Shown here: positions 10,914 to 20,869 of the stretch, piece by piece
How the letters are laid out: the number at the start of each line of letters is the position of its first letter
How positions within the stretch are numbered: the stretch's first letter is position 1
Source of the DNA: Nitrosopumilus sp.
GTDB taxonomy: Archaea > Thermoproteota > Nitrososphaeria > Nitrososphaerales > Nitrosopumilaceae
Direction of reading: 5' to 3'
DNA length: 64,000 nt
Assembly (NCBI GenBank): GCA_028377625.1
Contig: JAONKT010000001.1
Span: 16,381-80,380 of the forward strand
Position numbers and translations under genes: made by a program
Notes under the pieces: generated by a model
Seen by the model: only the letters and a program-made list of their open reading frames with translations
Told to the model about the DNA's origin: nothing
Databases searched by the model: none

Positions 10914-11594
10914 ATGAAATTAGAAAATCTTCGAATTATTGTAGATGAACGAGAACGTAAAAGTGGAATTCCAGATTTACTCAAAGCTGTTGGAATGGGA
11001 GTTGAGATGAAAACACTTCCTATTGGTGATTACATTGTTGCACCTGAAACTATTGTCGAAAGAAAAAGTATCAAAGATTTGATGGCTTCTGTTTTTGATG
11101 GACGTCTTTATGATCAATGTACTAGACTCAAAGAACATTTTGAACACCCTATAGTTTTAGTTGAAGGTAATGTTGATGAAGTTGAAGAAATTACTGATAA
11201 CCCTTTAGTTTTCTATGGAGCTCTCTCTAGAGTTACACTTGAATTCAAAATTCCCATAATTCCAACTCCTAGTGCATCTCATACTGCTAAATTATTGGTT
11301 TCAATGTGTTCAAAAAAAGATGGTCCTACAGGACCTTACTTGAAAAAAATAAAAAAATCATCTAATTTAGAAACTCAGCAATTATCTACACTTTGTAGTT
11401 TGCCTGGAATTGGTGAAAAATTTGCAGTTAGAATGCTTGAGAAATTTGGTACTCCGTTGAAAGTTTTTAGTGCAACCACTTCTGAATTGGCAAAAGTTGA
11501 AGGATTGGGTGAAGCTCGTGCAAAAAAAATTAAAAATATGTTAACTACTAAAAATAAACTTCAAAAAGAAAGTAACCAAAAGACACTGACATAA
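10914..11594 (+). CDS. xpf: Short XPF/ERCC4 structure-specific nuclease
   Basis: VDERE, GDY, ERKSxxD motif, C-terminal HhH2 (LPGIG, VEGLG). Confidence 0.9.
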   Translation: MKLENLRIIVDERERKSGIPDLLKAVGMGVEMKTLPIGDYIVAPETIVERKSIKDLMASVFDGRLYDQCTRLKEHFEHPIVLVEGNVDEVEEITDNPLVFYGALSRVTLEFKIPIIPTPSASHTAKLLVSMCSKKDGPTGPYLKKIKKSSNLETQQLSTLCSLPGIGEKFAVRMLEKFGTPLKVFSATTSELAKVEGLGEARAKKIKNMLTTKNKLQKESNQKTLT

Positions 11595-11649
11595 CTATTA
11601 CTGCCATTTTATTTCATGAATTTTTATAGTATATGCTTTAAGAAAATTT

Positions 11650-12468
11650 ATGGATAATCGAATAAATATTGCAGTTGTAGTTGGTGTGATTTTTGTATTG
11701 GCTTTTGCTGTAACTTTAACTCAAAGTGATAATCAGGTTGAATCTCAAATTAATGAAGATGATATTCCTGAAGAATTAATTTATGAATGGCTGAAAAAAT
11801 ATGATCCTTCTGAACAAACCATCTCTGTTTCAGGTACTGCTACAGCCTCATCAAGCCCTGATACTTTGATTATTGTACTGGGAGTTGAATCTGTAGCCAA
11901 AACTGCTAATGAATCCCTATCTGAAAACTCCAATTCATTAAATTCTGTAATCTCTTCCCTATCTGATTCTGGAATTTCTAAAGACGATATACAAACATCA
12001 AATTTTTCGATTTATCCATTATACGATAACATAGAAGATTCCAATGGAAATTGGCAACAAATTGTAAATGGATATCGAGTTTCAAATATTTTGTCAATTC
12101 AAACGGAAAAAATTGATTCTGCTGGTGATATAATTGATGTAGCTGTTTCTTCTGGAGCTAATCGCGTTAATGATGTTTCTTTTCAATTATCTGATAATAA
12201 ATTAGAAAAAATTAGTGATGACTTGATTGCTGATGCAATAAATGATGCAACTCAAAAAGCAGAAAAAGCACTTGTTCCATTAAAACAAAAAATTGTTGGA
12301 GTAAAATCTGTAGTAATTCATGATAATGTAGTTCCTTATTATGATAGTCCAATGCGAGCATCCTTTGATGGATTTGCAGAATCATCGATGAAATCTGCAC
12401 CAATTATGTCTGGTGACGAAGAAATTACTACAAATGTTAGTGTTGTATTTTATATTTCACAACAATAA
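11650..12468 (+). CDS. SIMPL (DUF541) domain membrane-anchored protein
   Basis: N-terminal TM; ISVSGTA..PD, DIQTSNFSIYP, AVSSGANRV. Confidence 0.88.
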   Translation: MDNRINIAVVVGVIFVLAFAVTLTQSDNQVESQINEDDIPEELIYEWLKKYDPSEQTISVSGTATASSSPDTLIIVLGVESVAKTANESLSENSNSLNSVISSLSDSGISKDDIQTSNFSIYPLYDNIEDSNGNWQQIVNGYRVSNILSIQTEKIDSAGDIIDVAVSSGANRVNDVSFQLSDNKLEKISDDLIADAINDATQKAEKALVPLKQKIVGVKSVVIHDNVVPYYDSPMRASFDGFAESSMKSAPIMSGDEEITTNVSVVFYISQQ

Positions 12469-12480
12469 TTATTTTAAAAA

Positions 12481-12957
12481 TTATTTGATCAATTTTCTTT
12501 TTAATGCAGTTCCGCAAATAGAGCATTCTTTTCCACTTTGATATTTTGCTTTACATCCTGGACAATAGTGAATCCATTTCCCAACATCTTTGATTCCTTT
12601 AGTCATAATTGGTGCTATGTCTAATCCAATATTTCTAGCAACATTTGAAATGGCAAAATCATCTGTAATGATTTGCCCATTTGTTTCAATTCCTAGTGCA
12701 ATAATTGAAACATCTTGTTTTGATAATTGTGGAAAATCTCCTGTTTCTTTTGCTGCTTTTATTGCAGATTGAGTTGATTGTTCATCCGGTTCTCTAATTT
12801 TGAGCCTGTTTGTTTCAAGTAATGTTCCAATTGCATTATGATTTTTTTTAATATGCTGTATTTCATCATAAACAAGGGATGTTGTGTAACAATCTTCAGA
12901 TGATCTAAATGGAACGCCTGCATAAAATGCACTGGCATCTAAAATTCTAAAATCCAA
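12481..12957 (-). CDS. nob1: Nob1-type PIN endonuclease with Zn ribbon
   Basis: ILDASAF, LSKQD, TDDFAISN, CPGC...CSICG. Confidence 0.9.
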   Translation of the reverse strand: MDFRILDASAFYAGVPFRSSEDCYTTSLVYDEIQHIKKNHNAIGTLLETNRLKIREPDEQSTQSAIKAAKETGDFPQLSKQDVSIIALGIETNGQIITDDFAISNVARNIGLDIAPIMTKGIKDVGKWIHYCPGCKAKYQSGKECSICGTALKRKLIK

Positions 12958-13762
12958 GTTTACTCATTTGTCTTAACCCTCTTTTTTTCAATCTAATGAA
13001 AACTGCTGGGCTTTTGTATTTTTTAATAATTATTGGTTCCTCATATCCTGCAGATTTTACAACTTGTGCATCTATTGCTATGTTACAATCCTGAGAACAA
13101 CTAATTTCAATTTTTTCATCTGGAACAACTAATGATGCTAATCTGTAAACTGGTGCAACTGGTGTGATGATTAAGACATCCAAACTTTCGTGTAATATTG
13201 GACCTCCTAATGAAAATGAATGTCCTGTTGATCCACTAGGTGTTGCAATTATGACTCCATCCATTTTTTGTTTTACTGTATCGTTTTGAAATTTAATTTC
13301 AATTTCTGCAGTCTTAGTTAAGTTTGCTCTACTAATGTAAATTTCATTTAGTGCTGGTGGGAATTCTTCTCCACCACATGATGCAGTTACTCTGGTTCTC
13401 TTATCTAGGAAAAATTTATTTTCTAAAATATCATTTATGGCTTCATCTATTTCTTCAATTGTAATTTCTGCTAAAATACCTCTGTTACCTCCAACATTAA
13501 TTGTCAAAATTGGTGTTTCATTTTCTAAATTTCGAAAAACTCGTAGTGTTGTTCCATCTCCTCCTAATGTAATTACTAAATCTAATTTGACATTTTTAAT
13601 TTCTTCAAGTGTTTCCATTTGCTTTGTACCTTCTACGCTAACTGGTGAAATTGTGTACACTGTTGCATTTTTTACAAGTAATTTCTTTGCAACATCAACT
13701 GCCGCCTTTTCTGAATCTTTATTTCCAACTTTACTTACAATTGCAACATTTTCTAGTTTCAA
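12947..13762 (-). CDS. nadK: NAD kinase
   Basis: GGDGT, NE, DGVIIATPSGSTG motifs. Confidence 0.95.
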   Translation of the reverse strand: MKLENVAIVSKVGNKDSEKAAVDVAKKLLVKNATVYTISPVSVEGTKQMETLEEIKNVKLDLVITLGGDGTTLRVFRNLENETPILTINVGGNRGILAEITIEEIDEAINDILENKFFLDKRTRVTASCGGEEFPPALNEIYISRANLTKTAEIEIKFQNDTVKQKMDGVIIATPSGSTGHSFSLGGPILHESLDVLIITPVAPVYRLASLVVPDEKIEISCSQDCNIAIDAQVVKSAGYEEPIIIKKYKSPAVFIRLKKRGLRQMSKLGF

Positions 13763-13992
13763 GTAAGTACTTTTGAATTGTATTTACTTAAAAATGATAT
13801 TTTTTCATAATAACCTCGTTTTTCATCATATGGGTGAAATTTCATTTCGAGTAATTGATTTTTGTAAAAATTCATTAAATTTGTATGATGTTTACTTTCA
13901 TTATTATATTAAAAATCACCTAAATTCGAGATGGTTATGCTCAAGTTGATGACTGATAACCTTTTTAACTAAATTCTAATCACAAAAAACAG

Positions 13993-14940
13993 ATGTCATT
14001 ACTTTTAAAAGATCGGGTATGGTCAATGGAGGCTCCTACTGCAAAACGTGGAGTTTACCCATTACATGGTTTTAAACTTGGATTATACAGATTACCAATT
14101 AAACTTGAAGATCCTGTTGAACTAAAATCTGTTCATGATGGTTTGAAAAAAGCATTTGAAATGGACATGTATGCTGATAGAATTTACGCAACATATCGTT
14201 GGAAAGAACAAAACATGGATGATCCTGATGAGAAGGGATACGAAGAAGTTGATTTGTCTGTAACTGTAGAAATTGTAACTGGTGAAGTTGTAGATATTAT
14301 TTACCAAGTATTTCCAATTGAAAAATTTGGGGATCCTAATTGGGTTAAAGATTATAGAAAGAAAGCAGACCATTTTGCAAAAATGGTAATTGACACTATT
14401 TTACGTAATACTATCTTAGCTGACAAAATGATTTCACATTTAGCAAAATCTGAAAAAATTACTGAAGTTGCTGCTATACAACGACTCGAAGAACTAACTC
14501 CTTTAGCAAAAATTGTACTTGGTGCAAAACCAAAACCAATTGAAGCTACAGATGAAGAAGAAGAGGAAGATGATGGTTCTATTGAAATTCCTGATGGTGC
14601 AAAACCTGGACCAATTGACGTTGAGTATAAATCAAAAATGAAACCTTCTGCAGTTTATGAGGCTGCCGAACATACTATCAAAACTTGGGGCCGTAAAGGT
14701 ACTAGTAATGGCATAATGGGTATTTGGGGAGAATTTGTTTCAGTAGATTATGATATTTGTATAGCTGATGGTGGATGTCTTGAGGCTTGTCCTGTTGGTG
14801 TCTATGAGTGGTTTGATTCTCCTGGAAATCCTGGGTCTGAACAAAAACCATTAATGTCAAAAGAACCTGATTGTATTTTCTGTCTTGCATGTGAAGGCGT
14901 ATGTCCTCCTCAGGCAATCAAAATTTATGAACAAAAATAA
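13993..14940 (+). CDS. Unknown N-terminal domain fused to C-terminal dicluster ferredoxin
   Basis: CIADGGCLEACP and CIFCLACEGVCP; acidic linker DEEEEEDD. Confidence 0.85.
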   Translation: MSLLLKDRVWSMEAPTAKRGVYPLHGFKLGLYRLPIKLEDPVELKSVHDGLKKAFEMDMYADRIYATYRWKEQNMDDPDEKGYEEVDLSVTVEIVTGEVVDIIYQVFPIEKFGDPNWVKDYRKKADHFAKMVIDTILRNTILADKMISHLAKSEKITEVAAIQRLEELTPLAKIVLGAKPKPIEATDEEEEEDDGSIEIPDGAKPGPIDVEYKSKMKPSAVYEAAEHTIKTWGRKGTSNGIMGIWGEFVSVDYDICIADGGCLEACPVGVYEWFDSPGNPGSEQKPLMSKEPDCIFCLACEGVCPPQAIKIYEQK

Positions 14941-14991
14941 TTGCGTTTATTGCAACTATAAATATCGACTAATACTTTTGAGCAGCTAAAG

Positions 14992-17058
14992 ATGGCTGGA
15001 AATCCTTTCACTGCATTAGTGTTTGATTTGTTTATTATTTCTGCTATTTTGATTACTGCATACACTTGCAATTTTTATTATCTTGTTTTTCTTGCTAACC
15101 GAAGAAATAAGGTTGTTAAGACTATTGATTTGGGAACTCCTTCTGTCACAATACAACTTCCAATTTATAATGAAAAATATGTTGCCAAAAGACTTGTGGA
15201 TGCAGTATGTGCTATGGATTATCCTAAAGATCAAATGAATATTATGGTTTTAGATGATTCTGATGATGACACTGTTGATTTACTTGAAAAAACTGTAAAC
15301 TATTACAAAACTCAGGGATATCAAATTGAACATATACGACGTGGAACAAGAAAAGGGTACAAAGCTGGCGCTCTCAAATATGCTATGCAAATTACTGATA
15401 GTGAACTTGTCGCAATATTTGATGCGGATTTTATTCCTCCAACATGGTTTCTCAAAAAAGCTATACCTCATTTCTCAAAACCAAATATTGGATTAATCCA
15501 ATGTCGTTGGGGTCATGTAAATGAAGATTATTCTACTATTACACAAGTACAAGCACTAAGTCTTGATTTTCATTTTCTTATAGAACAAAAAGCAAAAAGC
15601 GATTCTCACTTATTCATGAACTTTAATGGAACTGCTGGAATTTGGAAACGAGATTGCATTGAAGATGCTGGAGGATGGCATACTGCAACTTTAGTTGAAG
15701 ATCTTGATCTAAGTTACAGGGCGCAAATGAAAGGATGGAAATGTGTTTTCTTACCTGATATTGTAGTTGATGCTGAACTCCCTGCACAAATGAATGCTGC
15801 GAAGAGGCAACAATTTCGTTGGGCAAAAGGTTCTATTCAATGTGCAACAAAATTACTATTTGATATTACTGTAAAACGTAAAATTTCAATTGAGGCAAAA
15901 ATCCAGGCTTTCGTTCAACTAACACGTCATATTGTTTACCCGTTAATGCTGATACAATTTTTGGCATTACCTGTACTTTTAGCTGGCCAAGTTAATCTGT
16001 ATGTTGTGAGTTTTCTACCTATCATTACATTTGCAACGTATCTTGCAATGGGTCCTGGTGCATACATCTTGATTATACAAAATATGTATGGTAAATCGTG
16101 GAAGTCTAAAGCTAAACTTTTGCCTGCATTATTAGTTTACAATGCTGGAATGTCTGTAAACAATACAGTTGCAGTTTTTGATGCTGTATTTGGTAGAAAA
16201 AATGAATTTCTTAGAACGCCAAAATATGGTATAATCAAAAAAGAAGATGATTGGAAAGGTAAGGCATACAATTTACCTTTTACACAAACAACTCTCTTGG
16301 AACTATTTTTTGGTGTTTATGGTGTACTTGCAATTTTTATCTCAATTTTTTCAAACAATCCTGTATTTGTTCCAATTATTGCAATTCAAACTATTGGCTT
16401 TTTCTTTATTGCTTACATGAGCCTATCTCATACGAAATTTAAAAGAAATAAATCAAGTGAACATCGTAAAATGACGAAGAAAGAGAAAATGGCAAATACT
16501 GTTTACAAACTATCTATGGTTGGAATCTTGGGATTGATTATTTTCGGTGGATTTATGGCAATTAATGGTTATAATTCTGATATTTATCCTCTTGATAGAA
16601 TTAGAGGTCATTTTGATGGAATAATTGGCTCATCTGATCCAGAAACTATCCGTGCACATCTAATTGCTATTCAATTAGATATGGAACCAATGTTGGAAAA
16701 ATTACCTGAAACAACGGATACTCATAGTCAAATTATTTCTAAAAATCCTGTTTGGATTTTTGCTACTGAATCAACAAACTTCCTTCGAATTCAAAATAAT
16801 GTGGATGCTATGATCGTAAGTGTTAATGAACTTTCTATAATTCCTCCAGACAATTCTGCATATCACACAGGAATGATGGATATTAACAATAGGGCAGATC
16901 TTTTACGACAAAACATAATGGATGCAACTCCATACATGTATGTCAGTATTGCAAATGTATTTTCTAGTATAATTTGGATTGCTGTAATTATTGGAATCTT
17001 TACTGCATTAAAACGAAAGAGAACACAACTCAAAGAATCCGATACAATAGGTGTCTAA
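14992..17058 (+). CDS. Processive GT2 membrane glycosyltransferase (cellulose-synthase-like)
   Basis: QLPIYNE, DDS, YKAG, DAD, VED and QQFRW motifs; multiple TM helices. Confidence 0.9.
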   Translation: MAGNPFTALVFDLFIISAILITAYTCNFYYLVFLANRRNKVVKTIDLGTPSVTIQLPIYNEKYVAKRLVDAVCAMDYPKDQMNIMVLDDSDDDTVDLLEKTVNYYKTQGYQIEHIRRGTRKGYKAGALKYAMQITDSELVAIFDADFIPPTWFLKKAIPHFSKPNIGLIQCRWGHVNEDYSTITQVQALSLDFHFLIEQKAKSDSHLFMNFNGTAGIWKRDCIEDAGGWHTATLVEDLDLSYRAQMKGWKCVFLPDIVVDAELPAQMNAAKRQQFRWAKGSIQCATKLLFDITVKRKISIEAKIQAFVQLTRHIVYPLMLIQFLALPVLLAGQVNLYVVSFLPIITFATYLAMGPGAYILIIQNMYGKSWKSKAKLLPALLVYNAGMSVNNTVAVFDAVFGRKNEFLRTPKYGIIKKEDDWKGKAYNLPFTQTTLLELFFGVYGVLAIFISIFSNNPVFVPIIAIQTIGFFFIAYMSLSHTKFKRNKSSEHRKMTKKEKMANTVYKLSMVGILGLIIFGGFMAINGYNSDIYPLDRIRGHFDGIIGSSDPETIRAHLIAIQLDMEPMLEKLPETTDTHSQIISKNPVWIFATESTNFLRIQNNVDAMIVSVNELSIIPPDNSAYHTGMMDINNRADLLRQNIMDATPYMYVSIANVFSSIIWIAVIIGIFTALKRKRTQLKESDTIGV

Positions 17059-18560
17059 GAAATATTTAGATCCTTTCTAATCTCATCTACAGCTCTAATT
17101 CCATAAATATCTCTTACTTGTTGAATTCTGATTGATTCCTTTAACATGTCTCTTCCAATGGCGTTTGTTAGAATTGAATATACATCACTAAATCTGATTT
17201 CCCATTTATCTGCACAATCTAAAATTTTACTAACTGCCCATTGTCTAACCTCATGTGGGAGTGGTATTTTTTCACCTGATTCAATTGAAATTCTATCAAA
17301 TAAATTCACTATTTCTGATGTAAGGCTTGCCATTTTTTCTAAATCTTTTGATTCCCCGTATTTTGACTCTGTATTCATTCTGATGTTTGATTGATATTCT
17401 GATAATTTTAGCAAAGCCATCATTTCCTTTGATGAATCACTTGATGCCTTATTTGTGACATTTCTAACTGATTGTATTTCTTGAAATAGCTTTTCTGATT
17501 TTTTGTGAAATTCTATTGTTGACTCATCTTGTCTTTTTAGAGTATCTGCAACTGATCCTATTTTTTGTTCTATGTTATTTGTTTTATCATATACATTGGA
17601 TTTGAAATTTGAGATATCTTCTTGTACTAATTTTAGATTTTCTCCTACAAATGCTGTAGAATCTGCTCTTTGTGACAATGAACCAATTTCATTCTCAATT
17701 TTATCTATTTTGCCTCCTAGTTCTTTGATTGATTCTAAACTAATGGCATCACTGGAATTTACACTTGATGAAACTGTGTCAAATTGTTGCTTGAGACCAT
17801 CAATCACCCCACCTAACGAATCAATTTTTGAGGCTTTTGATGATATGGTATCAATTGAAATTTTGATTGCTTCCAATTCAGCATTAACATTTGAAGCTTC
17901 AGCTACTCCTTCAATTATTTTTTCAAATTCTTGTTTAAGACTTTGAACTACTTGGGTACTTGTACTCATATTCTCTGTTTTTCCAGAAATTTCTTCGATG
18001 TTTTCTTTTAATTTATTCATCTCAGTTGTTATTTCTAAAAATGAGTTAGTTTTTCCAGAAACTTCCTTTAGATCATCTCTTACTTCATCAATTCTCTGAG
18101 CAATTTTGATGATCATTTGAGAATTATTTGTAATTGAATTCATACTTTCATCAACTTTCTGAGATATTTCTTGAGTTTTTGATGTCTTTTGTATTTCTGA
18201 AATTTTACTTAATTCATTTTCAAGTTTATCTGTTTGATTATTAATTTTATTAATTAAATTCGATTGTGTTCTAACTTGATTTAACCCAGCGTATAATTTT
18301 TGAGTATCATCCTCTATGATGTTGATTTGTTTTGATTGTTTTTGAATATGTTCTAATGTTGATGTTAGTGTATCTATCATTCCTTTCATTGAAACAAGAA
18401 CTTTTTGATTTTCACCAAAAATCTTTGACATGACTTTGATTTCTTTTTGTAATGCCTTATTGGAATCTGAAACTGATGCAACTTTCTTTAATACTGCTGC
18501 AGGATTTGGTTGTCTTTTTACAGTCTTGATCACTTTCTTCTTACTTGTTTTAGATACCAT
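17055..18560 (-). CDS. Long coiled-coil protein, function unknown
   Basis: 501-aa ORF; Lys-rich N-terminus, heptad-rich body, small C-terminal helical domain; no TM. Confidence 0.75.
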   Translation of the reverse strand: MVSKTSKKKVIKTVKRQPNPAAVLKKVASVSDSNKALQKEIKVMSKIFGENQKVLVSMKGMIDTLTSTLEHIQKQSKQINIIEDDTQKLYAGLNQVRTQSNLINKINNQTDKLENELSKISEIQKTSKTQEISQKVDESMNSITNNSQMIIKIAQRIDEVRDDLKEVSGKTNSFLEITTEMNKLKENIEEISGKTENMSTSTQVVQSLKQEFEKIIEGVAEASNVNAELEAIKISIDTISSKASKIDSLGGVIDGLKQQFDTVSSSVNSSDAISLESIKELGGKIDKIENEIGSLSQRADSTAFVGENLKLVQEDISNFKSNVYDKTNNIEQKIGSVADTLKRQDESTIEFHKKSEKLFQEIQSVRNVTNKASSDSSKEMMALLKLSEYQSNIRMNTESKYGESKDLEKMASLTSEIVNLFDRISIESGEKIPLPHEVRQWAVSKILDCADKWEIRFSDVYSILTNAIGRDMLKESIRIQQVRDIYGIRAVDEIRKDLNIS

Positions 18561-18621
18561 ATACTAGAATTAAGAAACTAATAATAAAAAAAGTTAGGTG
18601 TAAAATAAAAAATGTAAAGAG

Positions 18622-18729
18622 TCACTTGTTTACAACTTCTGGTTCATGAAGTAACTCATGAAATGTCTTCTCAGCAAGACCATTTGTTGTCTCAATGAAT
18701 CCTCTTGGGCAATATTCGCATTGAATCAT
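18622..18729 (-). CDS. 35-aa C2H2-type zinc-finger micro-protein
   Basis: MIQCEYCPRGFIETTNGLAEKTFHELLHEPEVVNK; CxxC...HxxxH; TATA-like TTATTAAT ~25 nt upstream; not in ORF track. Confidence 0.75.
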   Translation of the reverse strand: MIQCEYCPRGFIETTNGLAEKTFHELLHEPEVVNK

Positions 18730-18786
18730 ATAGTACTGTATGGTACCGTACTATTAATAATTAGGTTATCTCAATGTAACCATAAA

Positions 18787-18850
18787 TGCAGTCAGTTACC
18801 CCAGGTCATATCTCTTCATTAGAATCCGCTGACCTACTCATCACTCTGCA
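18787..18850 (-). ncRNA. Box C/D small RNA (2'-O-methylation guide candidate)
   Basis: Minus strand reads TGCAG-A-GTGATGA(C)-guide-CTAA(D')-TGAAGA(C')-guide-CTGA(D)-CTGCA; 5-bp terminal stem; TATA-like TTTATG ~25 nt upstream. Confidence 0.8.
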
Positions 18851-18977
18851 ATTAGACTAAGAATACTAGGCATAAAGAAGTTTCAAATTGATAACTTTTT
18901 GATAATCATTTTTTCACATCTTTCCACTTTTTTTAAATCACGTAATCACTTTTTAATGAAATTTATTAATTGAAATC

Positions 18978-20306
18978 ATGCAAAATCTTTCATTACAAAT
19001 TGATTCTACTATAATTCAAAATTCTCTTAACAGTACCGTTAACACTTTGATTGAACAAGTAACTCCTGAACTTCCTCATACTAGTTTTGTAACTGATTTA
19101 GCTTTTATCATGATTATTGGATCGATTGTTACACTTGCATTTTTTAAAATTAGACAACCTTTGATCATTGGATATCTTTTTGCAGGAATGCTTATTGGCC
19201 CATTGTCTCCTCTTTGGACTTGGATATTACCTGAAAATAACTCCCCCTCTGAAATGTTAGATGGTGTTGGGATTTTATCTGATATTTCTGCGTTGCATTT
19301 ATTTTCAGAAATTGGTGTAATTTTATTATTATTTGTTATTGGAATTGAATTTCCATATGCAAAGATCAAATCTATTGGAAAAGTATCTGTTGGCGTTGGA
19401 ACAATTGGATTATTCTCTACATTAGGTGTTTTGTTTTATGCTTCAACGGCGCTTGGTTTACAATTTATGGATGCATTGTTTATCTCTGCAGCTTTATCAA
19501 TTTCTAGTACTGCCATTATTGTTAAAATTTTAGAAGAGATGGGAAAAATCAAAAAAGAATCGTCTATTCTTGTTTTAGGTATTTTGATTGTTGAAGACGT
19601 TATTGCTGTAATTTTGATTTCTACCTTGCAGTCTGTTGCTTTAGTTGGAAGTGTATCAATAGAATCTATTGTAGTAGTTGTACTAGTTGCAGTTGGTCTT
19701 ATTGTTGGAACATTTACAATAGGAACTCGAATAGTTCCTGGGTTAATTGATAGAGTTGCAGCTGCTGAAAATCGTGAAATTTTACTCCTAAGTGTTCTTG
19801 GAGTGTGCTTTGGTTATGCCTTACTAGCAAATATTGTTGGATTATCTGTAGCAATTGGTGCATTTTTAGCTGGTGTATTGGTAGCAGAATCAAAATCTGC
19901 TGAAGTTGCAAAATTGCTTTCTAGTCCAATTAAGGACATGTTTGTGGCAATATTTTTCATTTCAGTGGGTGCTTTGATGGATGTTTCTCAACTTGAAAAT
20001 TATATTTTCATAGCAATTGCTTTGATTGCAGTTGCTACTGGTATGAAATTTGGTGGTAACCTGCTTGGCAATTTTATTTTCAGACAAAAACGTGGAAAGG
20101 CCCTTCGTTCTGCATTCACTTTAGCAGCTCCTCGCGGTGAATTCTCAATTGTAATTGTTAAAGTTGGAGTTGATATTGGTGCAGTAAGTGCTTTCTTGTT
20201 CCCGCTAGTTGGTATTATTTCAATTATTACGGCATTTATCTCTCCATTTTTAATTAAAGCAAGTGACAGAATTGTTCCTGCATTGGAGGAAAAAGAGGAT
20301 GTCTGA
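18978..20306 (+). CDS. CPA2 cation:proton antiporter (KefB/NapA-like, no KTN domain)
   Basis: GYLFAGMLIGP, LLLFVIGIE, SISSTAII, GILIVED, GAFLAG, PRGEFS. Confidence 0.9.
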   Translation: MQNLSLQIDSTIIQNSLNSTVNTLIEQVTPELPHTSFVTDLAFIMIIGSIVTLAFFKIRQPLIIGYLFAGMLIGPLSPLWTWILPENNSPSEMLDGVGILSDISALHLFSEIGVILLLFVIGIEFPYAKIKSIGKVSVGVGTIGLFSTLGVLFYASTALGLQFMDALFISAALSISSTAIIVKILEEMGKIKKESSILVLGILIVEDVIAVILISTLQSVALVGSVSIESIVVVVLVAVGLIVGTFTIGTRIVPGLIDRVAAAENREILLLSVLGVCFGYALLANIVGLSVAIGAFLAGVLVAESKSAEVAKLLSSPIKDMFVAIFFISVGALMDVSQLENYIFIAIALIAVATGMKFGGNLLGNFIFRQKRGKALRSAFTLAAPRGEFSIVIVKVGVDIGAVSAFLFPLVGIISIITAFISPFLIKASDRIVPALEEKEDV

Positions 20307-20727
20307 TGAATTACAAAAAATGTTGGATGGTGTTCATGATGGAATCACAACTTTTGATTTTGAAGGCAAAGAAACTCCTTGTATAATAATTGAAGAAGAA
20401 AAATATGGTTTAATTCGGGCAAAAATTGAAGGTCAATCTTTTTCTGTTAACACTGATCTAAATATTCTTCAAGACGGATTAGGAAATGTATTTGTAGAAA
20501 TTGTTTTAACATTTTCAATTGGTAATATTTCTGAAAAATTTCTTGTTAATGCAAAAACTGATTTTAAATTCTTTGAAATTTTAGCAAACACATCCATGCT
20601 TGTAGTAAATTCCCCTGAATCTAGATATGGTCAAGATAATGTTATAGCCATTCAGTTACCCCGACCTGAAAAAGCACATGATGCACTTGAAATTATTAAA
20701 ACTGGGTTAATACCTAAAAATCAATAA
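20299..20727 (+). CDS. Hypothetical protein
   Basis: ATG at 20299 overlapping antiporter end; protein-like composition. Confidence 0.7.
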   Translation: MSDELQKMLDGVHDGITTFDFEGKETPCIIIEEEKYGLIRAKIEGQSFSVNTDLNILQDGLGNVFVEIVLTFSIGNISEKFLVNAKTDFKFFEILANTSMLVVNSPESRYGQDNVIAIQLPRPEKAHDALEIIKTGLIPKNQ

Positions 20728-20728
20728 A

Positions 20729-20805
20729 TGGTGCAGTTACCGGGATTTGAACCCGGGTCACGTACTTGGCAAGCACGAGTACTAACCAGACTGTACTATA
20801 ACTGC
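20729..20805 (-). tRNA. tRNA-Gly (GCC), CCA encoded
   Basis: Cloverleaf GCAGTTA...TAACTGC-A-CCA; anticodon arm CGTGC-TT-GCC-AA-GTACG; GGTTCAAATCC T-loop. Confidence 0.97.
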
Positions 20806-20869
20806 AACAATTCAAAGGGTTGAATTTGCAGATTTAAGCGTTTTTAAGCTTTCATTGCTGTAGTAGTTC

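Noticed and set aside
13947-13956. TGATGA-CTGA adjacent C/D-like boxes upstream of the ferredoxin fusion
   Set aside because: No spacing for guides or a K-loop, and it lies upstream of the TATA box, so probably not transcribed.
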